Shown here in pieces: positions 55,526 through 64,000 of a DNA stretch of 64,000 nucleotides. This DNA comes from Deltaproteobacteria bacterium. Its GTDB lineage: Bacteria; Myxococcota; Kuafuiibacteriia; Kuafuiibacteriales; Kuafuiibacteriaceae. The position numbers and the translations under genes were made by a program. Under the pieces are notes generated by a model. That model searched no databases. It saw nothing but the letters and a program-made list of their open reading frames with translations, and was not told the origin of the DNA. Position 1 is the first letter of the stretch. The number at the start of each line of letters is the position of its first letter. Location of the stretch: assembly GCA_040218735.1 (NCBI GenBank), contig JAVJQW010000058.1, forward strand, positions 64,001 to 128,000, given 5' to 3'.

Positions 55526-56344
55526 ATGACGCATCGAATCCGGAGCCGTTCTCTTCGCCGTCGAGCGTGGCCGGTCGTCCTGATTGCGTTCGGACTCTTC
55601 GGCCCCGGCGGTGGCGAGCGCGCCGACGCGCGGCCGCGCAAACGTGTGTCCGTCTGCATCACGAACGGGACGCCGTCGACGGTACGTGAGCTCGCGGTCG
55701 TCGGCCGGGAGCTCACGCGGCTGTCCGCGCTCCAGCTGCATGTCCTCGACACGTGTGATTCGAAGGCGTCGACGAAGCGCCTCACGTCGAGCGGCGAATC
55801 GACCGCGGACGGCCTGACGGCCGCGCTGGGGGGCTGCGACGAAGACGACTTTCGGTGCCGGCGACATCGCTTCGCGGTTGCGCTCCAGGCGGCGGCGGGT
55901 GTCCCGGCCGAGCTCTCGTTTCTCACCCACGCCGAAGCGCGCGTTCGCGTGGCGATGGCGCTCGAGCGCCGCTACGGTGCGCACCCCACCCGGGGCGCCG
56001 CGTTCGTGCGGGGCACCGGGAACGTCGGCGCGTCGCACGACCTGTGTCCGTCGGGTGCCTTCTACGATCGTGATTGGCGCGGTTGTTTCACGTGCCCACC
56101 CCAGACGAAGCGCGGCTTCAGGTCCGCGTACTCGGACAACGCGTGCCTCGGCGAGGCCGGGATCGAGAGCAACCGTCGAGCCGATCCGGTGCGCGCGCGG
56201 TGCGGCTCGGACGAAGCGCTCGACGTGGCCTCCGGGCGGTGTGTCTTTCAGGGGGGTCGTTGCCCCGACGGCTACGCCGTGGCGACGCCGACCTGGCCGC
56301 TCACCGGCTGCATTCGCCGGGACCTTCTGATCTCGAATCGGTGA
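55526..56344 (+). CDS. Secreted Cys-rich protein, 272 aa
   Basis: Signal-like N-terminus; CPSG...C..CP...C motifs. Confidence 0.6.
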   Translation: MTHRIRSRSLRRRAWPVVLIAFGLFGPGGGERADARPRKRVSVCITNGTPSTVRELAVVGRELTRLSALQLHVLDTCDSKASTKRLTSSGESTADGLTAALGGCDEDDFRCRRHRFAVALQAAAGVPAELSFLTHAEARVRVAMALERRYGAHPTRGAAFVRGTGNVGASHDLCPSGAFYDRDWRGCFTCPPQTKRGFRSAYSDNACLGEAGIESNRRADPVRARCGSDEALDVASGRCVFQGGRCPDGYAVATPTWPLTGCIRRDLLISNR

Positions 56345-56345
56345 G

Positions 56346-56594
56346 TCAGCGCCGGTCGAGCGCGTTCATGATCAGCGCGACCTGGGCTTCGAGCTTCCAC
56401 TCGCGGATCGCGAGCACCGCGGACGCCAGGCAACCGAGGCCGATGCCCAGCATCAGGAAGGGCATGATGACCGGGAGCTGCTGGCCGACGAGGACCTCGA
56501 AGAAGAAGAACAGGACGAGCGCCCACCCGAGGCGCAGCCGCTGTACCGGCCAACCCTCGTCCCAACTCCAATTCGAATAATCCCGCGTGCGCAT
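56346..56594 (-). CDS. Small two-TM membrane protein, 82 aa
   Basis: RBS GGAGG; two hydrophobic helices. Confidence 0.7.
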   Translation of the reverse strand: MRTRDYSNWSWDEGWPVQRLRLGWALVLFFFFEVLVGQQLPVIMPFLMLGIGLGCLASAVLAIREWKLEAQVALIMNALDRR

Positions 56595-56708
56595 CGGCGC
56601 CCTCCTCCCTGGTCTGATCCTCTATTCGGTCAACGAATGCCTCACTTCACATCTTCCCCCTTTGCGGTGTTCGAGAAAAGCGCGGGCGTATGTGATAGAC
56701 CGACATCC

Positions 56709-57782
56709 ATGGTTTCCGTGGGATGGGCGCGCCTCGCGGCCCTCGCTGCGATCCTCGTCACGAGCGCCATCTCGACCGGGTGCGCCACGATGTTCTCCGG
56801 CAGCGAGCAGGACATCAGCCTCAAGGTCTACCCGGAGGACGCGACGACGAAGGTCGACAACGAGCCGGTGGATCCCGGCGCGCTGAAGATGACGCGGGAG
56901 AAGCAGCACATCGTCACGATCGAGAAGCCTGGCTTCGAGACGCGGCGCATCCAGATGAAGCAGGACCTCAACGGGTGGTTCTTCGCGAACATCCTGTGGG
57001 GGCCGTTCTTCTGGGTGGGCATGATCGTCGACGCCATGACCGGCAGCCTCTACGAGCTGTCGCCGTCGAACGTCACCGTGACGCTGGATCCGGAGGGCAG
57101 CCGCCCGGCGGTGGCCTCGTCGCCCCCGCCGCCGCCGCCTTCGAGCGGGATCTCGTTCGTGACGCCGGGGTCCGGGCCGTCCCTCGACCCGACGGTCAAT
57201 CAACGCGGGACGGGGATGAACAAGAAGTCGCCGCCGCCTCCGCCGCCGCCCAAGGCCGATGCGCCGCCCCCCCCGAGCTCGCCGCCGCCCCCCGCGGCGC
57301 CGGAGCGCAAGCGCCCGCCGCGAACGATGGCCAACGCGACGCAGCAGTCGTGGGTGCTGGCGGTGATGGACTCGCAGATGTCGAGCTCGCAGCGCACGTT
57401 CACGAAGGAGACGCTGGTCGCGCTGACGGATCAGATCCGCGTGTTCCTGGCGTCGCGCGGGATGCGCGTCGTGGACCGCAGCTCGCAGGAGCGGGCGCTC
57501 CAGTCGATCGTCGCCGAGGAGAAGAAGAACAGCTACAAGACCTGCGTCGACTCCAGCTGCCAGATCCCCCTCGGCAAGGCCCTCGCCGCGACCCACATCA
57601 TGCGCTCCTCGGTCGCCAAGTTCGGGAACGCCTGCGCGACCAACGGCGAGATGATCGACCTGCGCTCCGAGGTCACCGTCGCCGCCGGCTCCGCGCGCTC
57701 CGGCTGCACCGAGGAAGACCTCCTCTACGCCGCCGAGAGCCTCGCCGAGCAGCTCGTCACCGGCTCCTCCGCCGCCAAGTAG
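56709..57782 (+). CDS. PEGA-like lipoprotein with Pro-rich linker and C-terminal alpha/beta domain
   Basis: STG-CAT lipobox, 'IEKPGF', 'IVDAMTGSLY'; CVDSSC C-terminal domain. Confidence 0.8.
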   Translation: MVSVGWARLAALAAILVTSAISTGCATMFSGSEQDISLKVYPEDATTKVDNEPVDPGALKMTREKQHIVTIEKPGFETRRIQMKQDLNGWFFANILWGPFFWVGMIVDAMTGSLYELSPSNVTVTLDPEGSRPAVASSPPPPPPSSGISFVTPGSGPSLDPTVNQRGTGMNKKSPPPPPPPKADAPPPPSSPPPPAAPERKRPPRTMANATQQSWVLAVMDSQMSSSQRTFTKETLVALTDQIRVFLASRGMRVVDRSSQERALQSIVAEEKKNSYKTCVDSSCQIPLGKALAATHIMRSSVAKFGNACATNGEMIDLRSEVTVAAGSARSGCTEEDLLYAAESLAEQLVTGSSAAK

Positions 57783-57792
57783 TCCAGGCCTG

Positions 57793-57952
57793 GGCCGGCA
57801 GGCGAGCTTGCCTCGCCGATAACCGGCAGTCCGCCCGATAACCGGCAGTCCGGGCAAGGAGCGCAGCGACGCGCAGCGGCGCGCAGCGCCGCGGAGGCCG
57901 GCAGGCGAGCTTGCCTCGCCGATAACCGGCAAGTCCGGCCGATAACCGGCAG
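57793..57952. repeat. REP/BIME-like mosaic repeat
   Basis: 36-bp unit at 57793 and 57896; CCGATAACCGGCA x4; GCGCAGCG x3 at 10-bp spacing. Confidence 0.8.
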
Positions 57953-58007
57953 ACCGGGGGCAAAGATTGGACCCAATCCCAGGTCGGGGGTAGCGTGGTC
58001 GCCGACC

Positions 58008-59345
58008 TTGTTGCGGCGAGCTCGCTCAGCAGTGCGCCTCGCGTTGGTGGTGGCGTTCTTCGCGCTGCCCTCGTCGGCGCGCGCGGACCTCTTCCTCCCG
58101 GTGGGGGATGGAACCGTGCAACCTGAGTTGCACCGCGGGATCATCCTCGACAGCGGCCGCGTCGAGACGTTGCTCTTCGAGCTGCGTGTGCGCTCGTCCT
58201 CGTCGCGCTTCGTCTGGCTGCGTCCGTTCGAGAACGAGCCGAAGGAGGTCGAGGTGCCCGAGGCCCCCTTCGCCTTCCTCGACCGCGCCACGACCATCCA
58301 CGCCCCCTACAACGAGCTGATCCGCGACGACCTCTTCGGCCCCTCCGTCGTCTCCGTCCTGATCGACCGCCTCTTCCGCGGCCCGCCGCCGCCGCCGCCC
58401 CCGCCGGACGTCGACGCCCGCAGCCTCCAGATCGAGAGCACGCGGCTCCTCACCGGGCAGGTCACGAGCTCCACGATCACCTACGAGCTCATCCTCCCGG
58501 AGTCCGTCGACACGTACCTTCGCACCCAAGGCGTCGAGCTCGACCAGGAGCAGATCCGCGCGATCGCGGTGACGCTCAACTCCGGCGGCGTCCTGATGGC
58601 GAGCGTCGTCGAGGACGCCGCGCCCAACGAGGACCGCCCCGCGCGCCTCGGGCCGCTCGCCTTCGCGTACGCGCCGGGCCACCCCGCGTACCCGCTCGTC
58701 CAGCGCTCCGGTCGCAACGTCAACGCGCAGCGCTTCGACCTCTACCTGATCTCCTCCGTCGCGCGCGTCTCGAGCGCCCACGAGACGGTCTGGGACGTGC
58801 GCCCCTGGGAGCACCTCGAGGCGCCCGCCGACCAGTTCATCGTCCGCTACAACGCCCCGATCGAGCACAGCAGCCCGATCGGCGTCGAGCTGCTGGAGCG
58901 CCAGTCCCTCAACGTCCCATCGGGCGGGCGCCTGATGAGGATGCAGTACGACAGCCCCGACACCCGCATCGCGACGATGACGTTCGTCGAGGCGCGCAAC
59001 CCCGTCGAAATCCCGTCCGGCACGCAGCGCGGCACCGGGTTCGACCTCTTCCTCTGCATCCTCCTCGGCCTCGCGCCGCTCCTGTACACGCCCGAGTCGT
59101 GGTTCCTGCTCTGGTTCGCGAGCCGGGCCCGCGCGCGCGCGCGGGAGCGAGGGAAGGCCTTCGGCGTCCGCCTGTGGTCCTTCTACGCCATCGCCGTGGG
59201 TGTGTACTGGCTGGTCGTGCTGCCGGACGCCGCGCGCGTCGCGGGCGTCGTCCCGCTGTTGATCGGGATCGTTCAGATCGCCCTGCCCTACACCGAGCGG
59301 GATCCCAACCCCGTCCGCGCGCAGTTCAAGAAGAAGAAGAAGTAG
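58008..59345 (+). CDS. Secreted/membrane protein (DUF2330-like) with C-terminal TMs
   Basis: Signal peptide; 'FVWLRPF..EP.EV'; three C-terminal hydrophobic helices. Confidence 0.65.
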   Translation: MLRRARSAVRLALVVAFFALPSSARADLFLPVGDGTVQPELHRGIILDSGRVETLLFELRVRSSSSRFVWLRPFENEPKEVEVPEAPFAFLDRATTIHAPYNELIRDDLFGPSVVSVLIDRLFRGPPPPPPPPDVDARSLQIESTRLLTGQVTSSTITYELILPESVDTYLRTQGVELDQEQIRAIAVTLNSGGVLMASVVEDAAPNEDRPARLGPLAFAYAPGHPAYPLVQRSGRNVNAQRFDLYLISSVARVSSAHETVWDVRPWEHLEAPADQFIVRYNAPIEHSSPIGVELLERQSLNVPSGGRLMRMQYDSPDTRIATMTFVEARNPVEIPSGTQRGTGFDLFLCILLGLAPLLYTPESWFLLWFASRARARARERGKAFGVRLWSFYAIAVGVYWLVVLPDAARVAGVVPLLIGIVQIALPYTERDPNPVRAQFKKKKK

Positions 59346-59390
59346 CGCCCGGCTCCTCGGTCGTTTGTCCGGTCTTACGATCATCGGCCC

Positions 59391-60629
59391 TTGGCCGATC
59401 CCGGCATTCGGGGACAACTGGCGACGTTGGTTTCGAACGTCTCCATCCGTGGCTTCGAACCGGCCCACCTCCCCGTCGAACCTCGCTTTCGCCCGCGCTC
59501 CGACGCGACGGGCCTGCGCGCGTTCGTCCGCCGCGTCGTCGACGAGCGGAACCTCTACGGCAACCTCGCCTTCGCCGAGACCTGCGAGAGCCTCGCGCTG
59601 ATCCACCGCGCGCTCCCGGTCGGTCCCAAGGATCGCGTCGCCGGGGTGACGTCGAGCGGCGACGTCCTCCTGTCGATGGTCGCGCGCGGCGCGAAGGTCA
59701 TCGGCTTCGACGCCAACCCCGCGCAGACCGCGCTCGCCCACCTGAAGCTCGCGGCGATCCAGCAGCTCGACGTCGATGCCTACCTCGGCCTCATGGGCAT
59801 CACCGACGCGCCCGATCGAACGCAGGTGTTCGACCGCGTCAGCCGCGCGATGGCGACCGCGCAGCGCGCCGCGATGTTGTCCCGCCGCGACTGGGTCGCC
59901 GACGGCGTCCTCAACCGCGGCATGACGCACAAGATCATCCGCGCGATGGTGAAGAGCTTCGCGCGCGTCGCTCCGGCGGAGAGCCTCGACCTCTTCCTCG
60001 GTCATCGCGGCACCCCCGAGGAGCGTAGCCGCGTCTTCGACGAAGTGCTCGCGCGCCCCGTCGTTCGCCTCGCGCTCGCGCCGCTGTTGCGTCGCTTCAA
60101 CTCGCAGCTGAAGTGGCTCTTCTTCCCGCACCGCATCTGCCGCGTGTCGACGGTGCCCGACGACATGATCGCCGAGTTCTTCGAGACGTTCCGCCCGTTG
60201 TTCGTGCGCGGCGCGAAGGACAACCCGGTGCTGTGCCGCTCCGCGACGGGGCTCGTGCACCGCGAGTGGCGCACGTTCCTCTACGACGACGAGATCTTCC
60301 AGCGCGTCCGCGACGCGAAGGAGCAGATCTCGATGACCACCCGCGAGATCACCGAAGGCCTCGAGCTCCTCCCCGAGGGGTGGGCGACGGCGATCTACCT
60401 GTCGAACGTCCCGGACTACCTCACACCCGAGGGCCTCGACGCGCTGACCGCCGCGCTGAAACACGCCGGCGCGCCCGGCGCGCGTGTGTTGTACTTCTCG
60501 CTGTGTGACGAGGACCGGCTCGGCGAACGCGTCGGCCCGCGCCTCCCGCGCGAGGAGCACGCCGCCCTCTACGCGCAGGACAACGTGCACATCTACCCGT
60601 CGATCGAAGTGCGTAGGATCGATCGGTGA
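59391..60629 (+). CDS. DUF3419 / BtaA-like SAM-dependent transferase
   Basis: VTSSGD, FDANPAQTALAHLKLAA, YLSNVPDYL, LYAQD..HIY. Confidence 0.8.
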   Translation: MADPGIRGQLATLVSNVSIRGFEPAHLPVEPRFRPRSDATGLRAFVRRVVDERNLYGNLAFAETCESLALIHRALPVGPKDRVAGVTSSGDVLLSMVARGAKVIGFDANPAQTALAHLKLAAIQQLDVDAYLGLMGITDAPDRTQVFDRVSRAMATAQRAAMLSRRDWVADGVLNRGMTHKIIRAMVKSFARVAPAESLDLFLGHRGTPEERSRVFDEVLARPVVRLALAPLLRRFNSQLKWLFFPHRICRVSTVPDDMIAEFFETFRPLFVRGAKDNPVLCRSATGLVHREWRTFLYDDEIFQRVRDAKEQISMTTREITEGLELLPEGWATAIYLSNVPDYLTPEGLDALTAALKHAGAPGARVLYFSLCDEDRLGERVGPRLPREEHAALYAQDNVHIYPSIEVRRIDR

Positions 60630-61966
60630 CCACGAAGCAGGTCGCGCTCGTCTCTCCGGCCCCGCGGTACTTCGGGCCACTTCGCCAGCGTCGGGATCCG
60701 TTCTCGCGCCTCCGCCGTCTGCCGCGCCTCGCGCTGCTCGCGCTGGAGTCGGTGACGCCGCCCGAGTGGGACGTCACGATCGTCGACGAGCGTGTCCAAG
60801 CGTTCGACCCCGACGCGATCGAGGCACCGATCGTCGGCATCACCACGATGACGTACATGGCGCCCCGCGCGTTCGAGATGGCGCGGCTCCTCAAGATGCG
60901 CGGCAAGACCGTGGTGCTCGGCGGTTACTTCCCGACGCTGTCGCCGAACCTCGCGCTCGCCGAGGACGCCGTCGACGCAATCGTCGTCGGTCGCGGCGAA
61001 GACGCCTGGCCGCGCCTCCTCGCCGACTTCGAAGCGGGCCGGCTCCAGTCCGTCTACGACGTCCCGTTCGGACAGGACGGCTTCAAGCTCCGCTCCTACA
61101 ACCACCACCTCACCGCGCCGCGCGACGGCTACAACGGTTGGCTCACGCAGGTGCAGGCCGGGCTCGGCTGCAAGTTCCGTTGCAGCTTCTGTGTCATCCC
61201 CGGCTTCCACCGCGACCAGGTCGCGCTGCGGGACCTCGACGATCTCGTCGACGAGGTCGCCCGCGCACCGACGCGCCGGGTGCTCTTCATCGACGACAAC
61301 CTCCTCAATCGCCCCGCGTACCTTCACGCGCTGTGTGATCGTCTGCGGCCGCTCGGCAAGGAGTGGATCGCGCAGGTGTCGATGGACATCGGCACCCAAC
61401 CGAAGCTCATCGAGAAGATGGCGAAGGCCGGCTGCGGCTGGCTCAACGTCGGCGTCGAGAGCATCCACAGCGCGACGCTCGACGCGCAGTCGAAGTGGCA
61501 GAACGACACGCGCCGCTACCTGAAGACCCTCGACCGCTTCCGCGACCACGGCATCAGCGTGAGCGCCGGGATGGTGCTCGGCTTCCCGACGGAGCCCCGC
61601 GACGTCTTCGACCTGACCGGTGAGTTCCTCGACAAGGCGGCGATCGACATCACCGTCTTCCACCTCTACACGCCCTACCCGGGCACCCGCGCACACGCGG
61701 AGTACGAGGCGGCGGGGCGCCTGCTGACGAACGACCTGGAGCTGTACGACACGTATCACCCGATCGTCCGCCCCGAGAACTACGACCCCGCGGAGCTCGT
61801 CGAGAAGATGGAGTGGCTCGAGGAGCGCTTCTATCGCCCGCGTCGTGTGCTCGGGCGCGCCGCGCGCGGCTTCGGGCGAGGCGGTGCGTACGGCCTCGTG
61901 CGTACGCTCGCGACGGGCGTCGAGGGTTACGTGAACCTGCGGCAGGGCCTGCCGCTGCATCCGTGA
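60626..61966 (+). CDS. B12-binding radical SAM protein
   Basis: IVDE, VVLGG, GRGE, GCKFRCSFC, FIDDN, GVES, TPYPGT. Confidence 0.92.
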   Translation: MTTKQVALVSPAPRYFGPLRQRRDPFSRLRRLPRLALLALESVTPPEWDVTIVDERVQAFDPDAIEAPIVGITTMTYMAPRAFEMARLLKMRGKTVVLGGYFPTLSPNLALAEDAVDAIVVGRGEDAWPRLLADFEAGRLQSVYDVPFGQDGFKLRSYNHHLTAPRDGYNGWLTQVQAGLGCKFRCSFCVIPGFHRDQVALRDLDDLVDEVARAPTRRVLFIDDNLLNRPAYLHALCDRLRPLGKEWIAQVSMDIGTQPKLIEKMAKAGCGWLNVGVESIHSATLDAQSKWQNDTRRYLKTLDRFRDHGISVSAGMVLGFPTEPRDVFDLTGEFLDKAAIDITVFHLYTPYPGTRAHAEYEAAGRLLTNDLELYDTYHPIVRPENYDPAELVEKMEWLEERFYRPRRVLGRAARGFGRGGAYGLVRTLATGVEGYVNLRQGLPLHP

Positions 61967-61994
61967 GCGCGCGCGACCGCCGGAGATCTGTCTG

Positions 61995-63158
61995 ATGCGG
62001 ATCCGAAGTGGGTTGTCGACCGTCGCGAGCCTCCGCCTCGCGCCGGTGCACGCGGGCGTCTCCGACGACCTCGAAGTGCTCATGTCGGCGGTGGGCTCGA
62101 TCCCCGGTCGACGTTACCTGTGCCTCTCCGCCCACGGCGCCGGTGAAGCCGCGCTCTGCCTCGCCGCGGCTGGCGCCGATCAGGTCCTCGCATTCGACGT
62201 CGGCGATACGAGCGCGCTCGAACACCTCGTCACCTTGAAGCTCACGGCGGCGCACCTCTTCGGCCGTGAGGACTACCTCGCGTTGATGGGTTTGCGCGCG
62301 GCGTCGCGGTTGAGGCGCGTCGCGCTCGTCGACCAGCTCCTGCGCGGGCTCCCCGGGCACGAGCAACCGTACTGGCGCGCGCGTCGTCGGCTGCTGCTGA
62401 ACGGCCTCTTCCGCGCGGACCGCGTCGGGCTGTTCTTCGAAGGATTCCTCGCTGCGTTGCGGGTGCTCGGTTCGCGGGCGACCGTCGACGCGATCCTCTT
62501 CGGCGCCACCGAGGTGGATCGGCTCGACGCCTTCCGTTCGATCGCGGATCGCTCCTGGCTGCGCGGCGCGCTGGCCCGGGTCGGGGAACGCGTGAACCTG
62601 TTCTTCCCGGACGCGGAGTGGTCGGCGTCCGAGTATCCGAAGGCCTTCAACCGCGATCCGCTCGCGTACCTCGAGCGCCTCGTCGCGGCCGGCCTCGGCG
62701 ACAACCCGCTGTTCGCGCACCACGTCCGCGGCGGCGCCACGCTCACGGAGGCGCTGCTCCCGCCGCACCTCCGTCCGGTCGTCTACGACGGCCTGCGCGG
62801 CGCGGCGCCGCGGGTTCGTGTGGTGCGTACGGCGTTCGAGCGCTACGAGGTCCCGGCGCCGGCGTCCGGCGCGTACCTGTCGAACACGATCGACTTCCTC
62901 CACGCGGCGGAGCGCGTGGCCCTATTCGCGGCCCTCCACGAACGCCTCGAACCGGGCGCGCCGGTGCTGGTCTATTCGAACGAAGACTTCGACAAGGTAC
63001 CTGACGACGGGCGATTCACGCAGGACGTCGACGCTTCGGAGCGTCTGGCTCGAAAGGACCGCGCAAAGATCTACCGCCGCGTCGCGCTCTATCGTAGGTC
63101 GGGCACGCCCGCGGAGGACGACGACGCGCGGGCGACGCGACTGAGGATCGTGGAGTGA
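61995..63158 (+). CDS. Second, divergent DUF3419 / BtaA-like protein
   Basis: LKLTAA...YLALMG, YLSNTIDFL, PGAPVL, LARKDRAKIY parallel the first copy. Confidence 0.7.
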   Translation: MRIRSGLSTVASLRLAPVHAGVSDDLEVLMSAVGSIPGRRYLCLSAHGAGEAALCLAAAGADQVLAFDVGDTSALEHLVTLKLTAAHLFGREDYLALMGLRAASRLRRVALVDQLLRGLPGHEQPYWRARRRLLLNGLFRADRVGLFFEGFLAALRVLGSRATVDAILFGATEVDRLDAFRSIADRSWLRGALARVGERVNLFFPDAEWSASEYPKAFNRDPLAYLERLVAAGLGDNPLFAHHVRGGATLTEALLPPHLRPVVYDGLRGAAPRVRVVRTAFERYEVPAPASGAYLSNTIDFLHAAERVALFAALHERLEPGAPVLVYSNEDFDKVPDDGRFTQDVDASERLARKDRAKIYRRVALYRRSGTPAEDDDARATRLRIVE

Positions 63159-64000
63159 CCGTGTTTCGGGGGCAGGACTACTCGCGCTTCGTCGCGAGGA
63201 TCGCGGAGCGTTGCATCGAGCGCCCGTTTCGCACGCTCGCGATCGCGTTCGTCATCCTCGCCCTCGCGGTGCTGAGCGCGCTCCGGCTGCAGATCGATCC
63301 GAGCCCCGAGGCCTACCTCGAAGGCACCGAGGCCTGGGACTTCTACCGGACGATCGACGAGCGCTACGAGATCGGCGAGACGGTCGTGGTCGCGCTGCGC
63401 GAGCGGGGCGGCACGGTGTTCGACGTCGAGACCGTCACCGCCGTCGCCGAGCTCGACCGCGTGCTCACGCAGATGTCGGAGGTCGAGCGGGTCCTGTCGC
63501 TCGCCACCGCGACGACGCTGGAGCGCAAGGGCGACGTCATCGACCTCAGCCCGATCCTCGACTCCGACCACGTCACGCAGGGCAGCGCGCTCGACCTCGG
63601 CGATCGCATCGCCAAACACGCCGTCTACAGCCAGGTGCTCGTCGACCGGCGCCACGAGACCACCTTCCTGTTCGTCCAGCTCGTCACCGCCGACCGCGAC
63701 CCGGTGAAGCGGCTCGAGACCGTGCGCAAGATCCGCGAGGAGGTCGAACGTTTCCGCTCCAAACATCGCACCGTTCACCTCGCCGGATCCGCGGTCACGA
63801 AGGAGGCGATCGCCGCCGGCGTCCAGCACGACACACTCCTCTTCTTCCCCGCCGCCATCGCGCTGCTCACGGTGTTGATGTGGTTCATGTTCGGCGACGT
63901 CGTGTTCAGCCTCGTCCCGCTCGGGATCGTGGGTTACGCGTCGGTGCTCGTGGTCGGCGTGCTCGCCGCGCTGGACGTGCCGATCAACATGGCGACCGCG
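63155..64000 (+). CDS. MMPL/RND-family transporter, truncated by window edge
   Basis: GTG overlaps upstream stop; TM + 'LQIDPSPEAYL', periplasmic domain, 'HLAGSAV', then TM cluster ending 'PINMAT'. Confidence 0.85.
   Translation, partial: MTVFRGQDYSRFVARIAERCIERPFRTLAIAFVILALAVLSALRLQIDPSPEAYLEGTEAWDFYRTIDERYEIGETVVVALRERGGTVFDVETVTAVAELDRVLTQMSEVERVLSLATATTLERKGDVIDLSPILDSDHVTQGSALDLGDRIAKHAVYSQVLVDRRHETTFLFVQLVTADRDPVKRLETVRKIREEVERFRSKHRTVHLAGSAVTKEAIAAGVQHDTLLFFPAAIALLTVLMWFMFGDVVFSLVPLGIVGYASVLVVGVLAALDVPINMATA

Overview
High-GC bacterial DNA whose gene content (LexA box resembling the Myxococcus consensus, PEGA proteins, FHA-sigma54 activator, Ser/Thr kinase) suggests Myxococcota. Bases 1-~26790 are the right part of a siphovirus-like prophage read entirely on the minus strand: tyrosine integrase, MT-A70 methylase, RusA, DUF5131, YqaJ/RecT, replication initiator with internal iterons, double-HTH regulator, terminase, portal, scaffold, capsid, tail tube, chaperones, tape measure and tail proteins. 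It runs off the left edge and ends at the 3' remnant of a tRNA (probably Ser), followed by a terminator and ~137-bp tandem repeats. The rest is host chromosome. The most unusual item is a full-length eukaryote-type (PRMT1-like, type I) protein-arginine methyltransferase (36351-37298), just upstream of an EF-hand protein with an Arg/Pro/Gly-rich tail and an RluA-family enzyme carrying ~10 copies of a 24-aa repeat inside its catalytic domain. Other items of note are a cluster of two DUF3419 (BtaA-like) genes, a B12 radical SAM gene and an MMPL gene (candidate new lipid pathway), boxR-boxC-boxB without boxA, and several signalling/redox proteins that have lost catalytic residues. All calls come from reading motifs by eye; no database searches were run.
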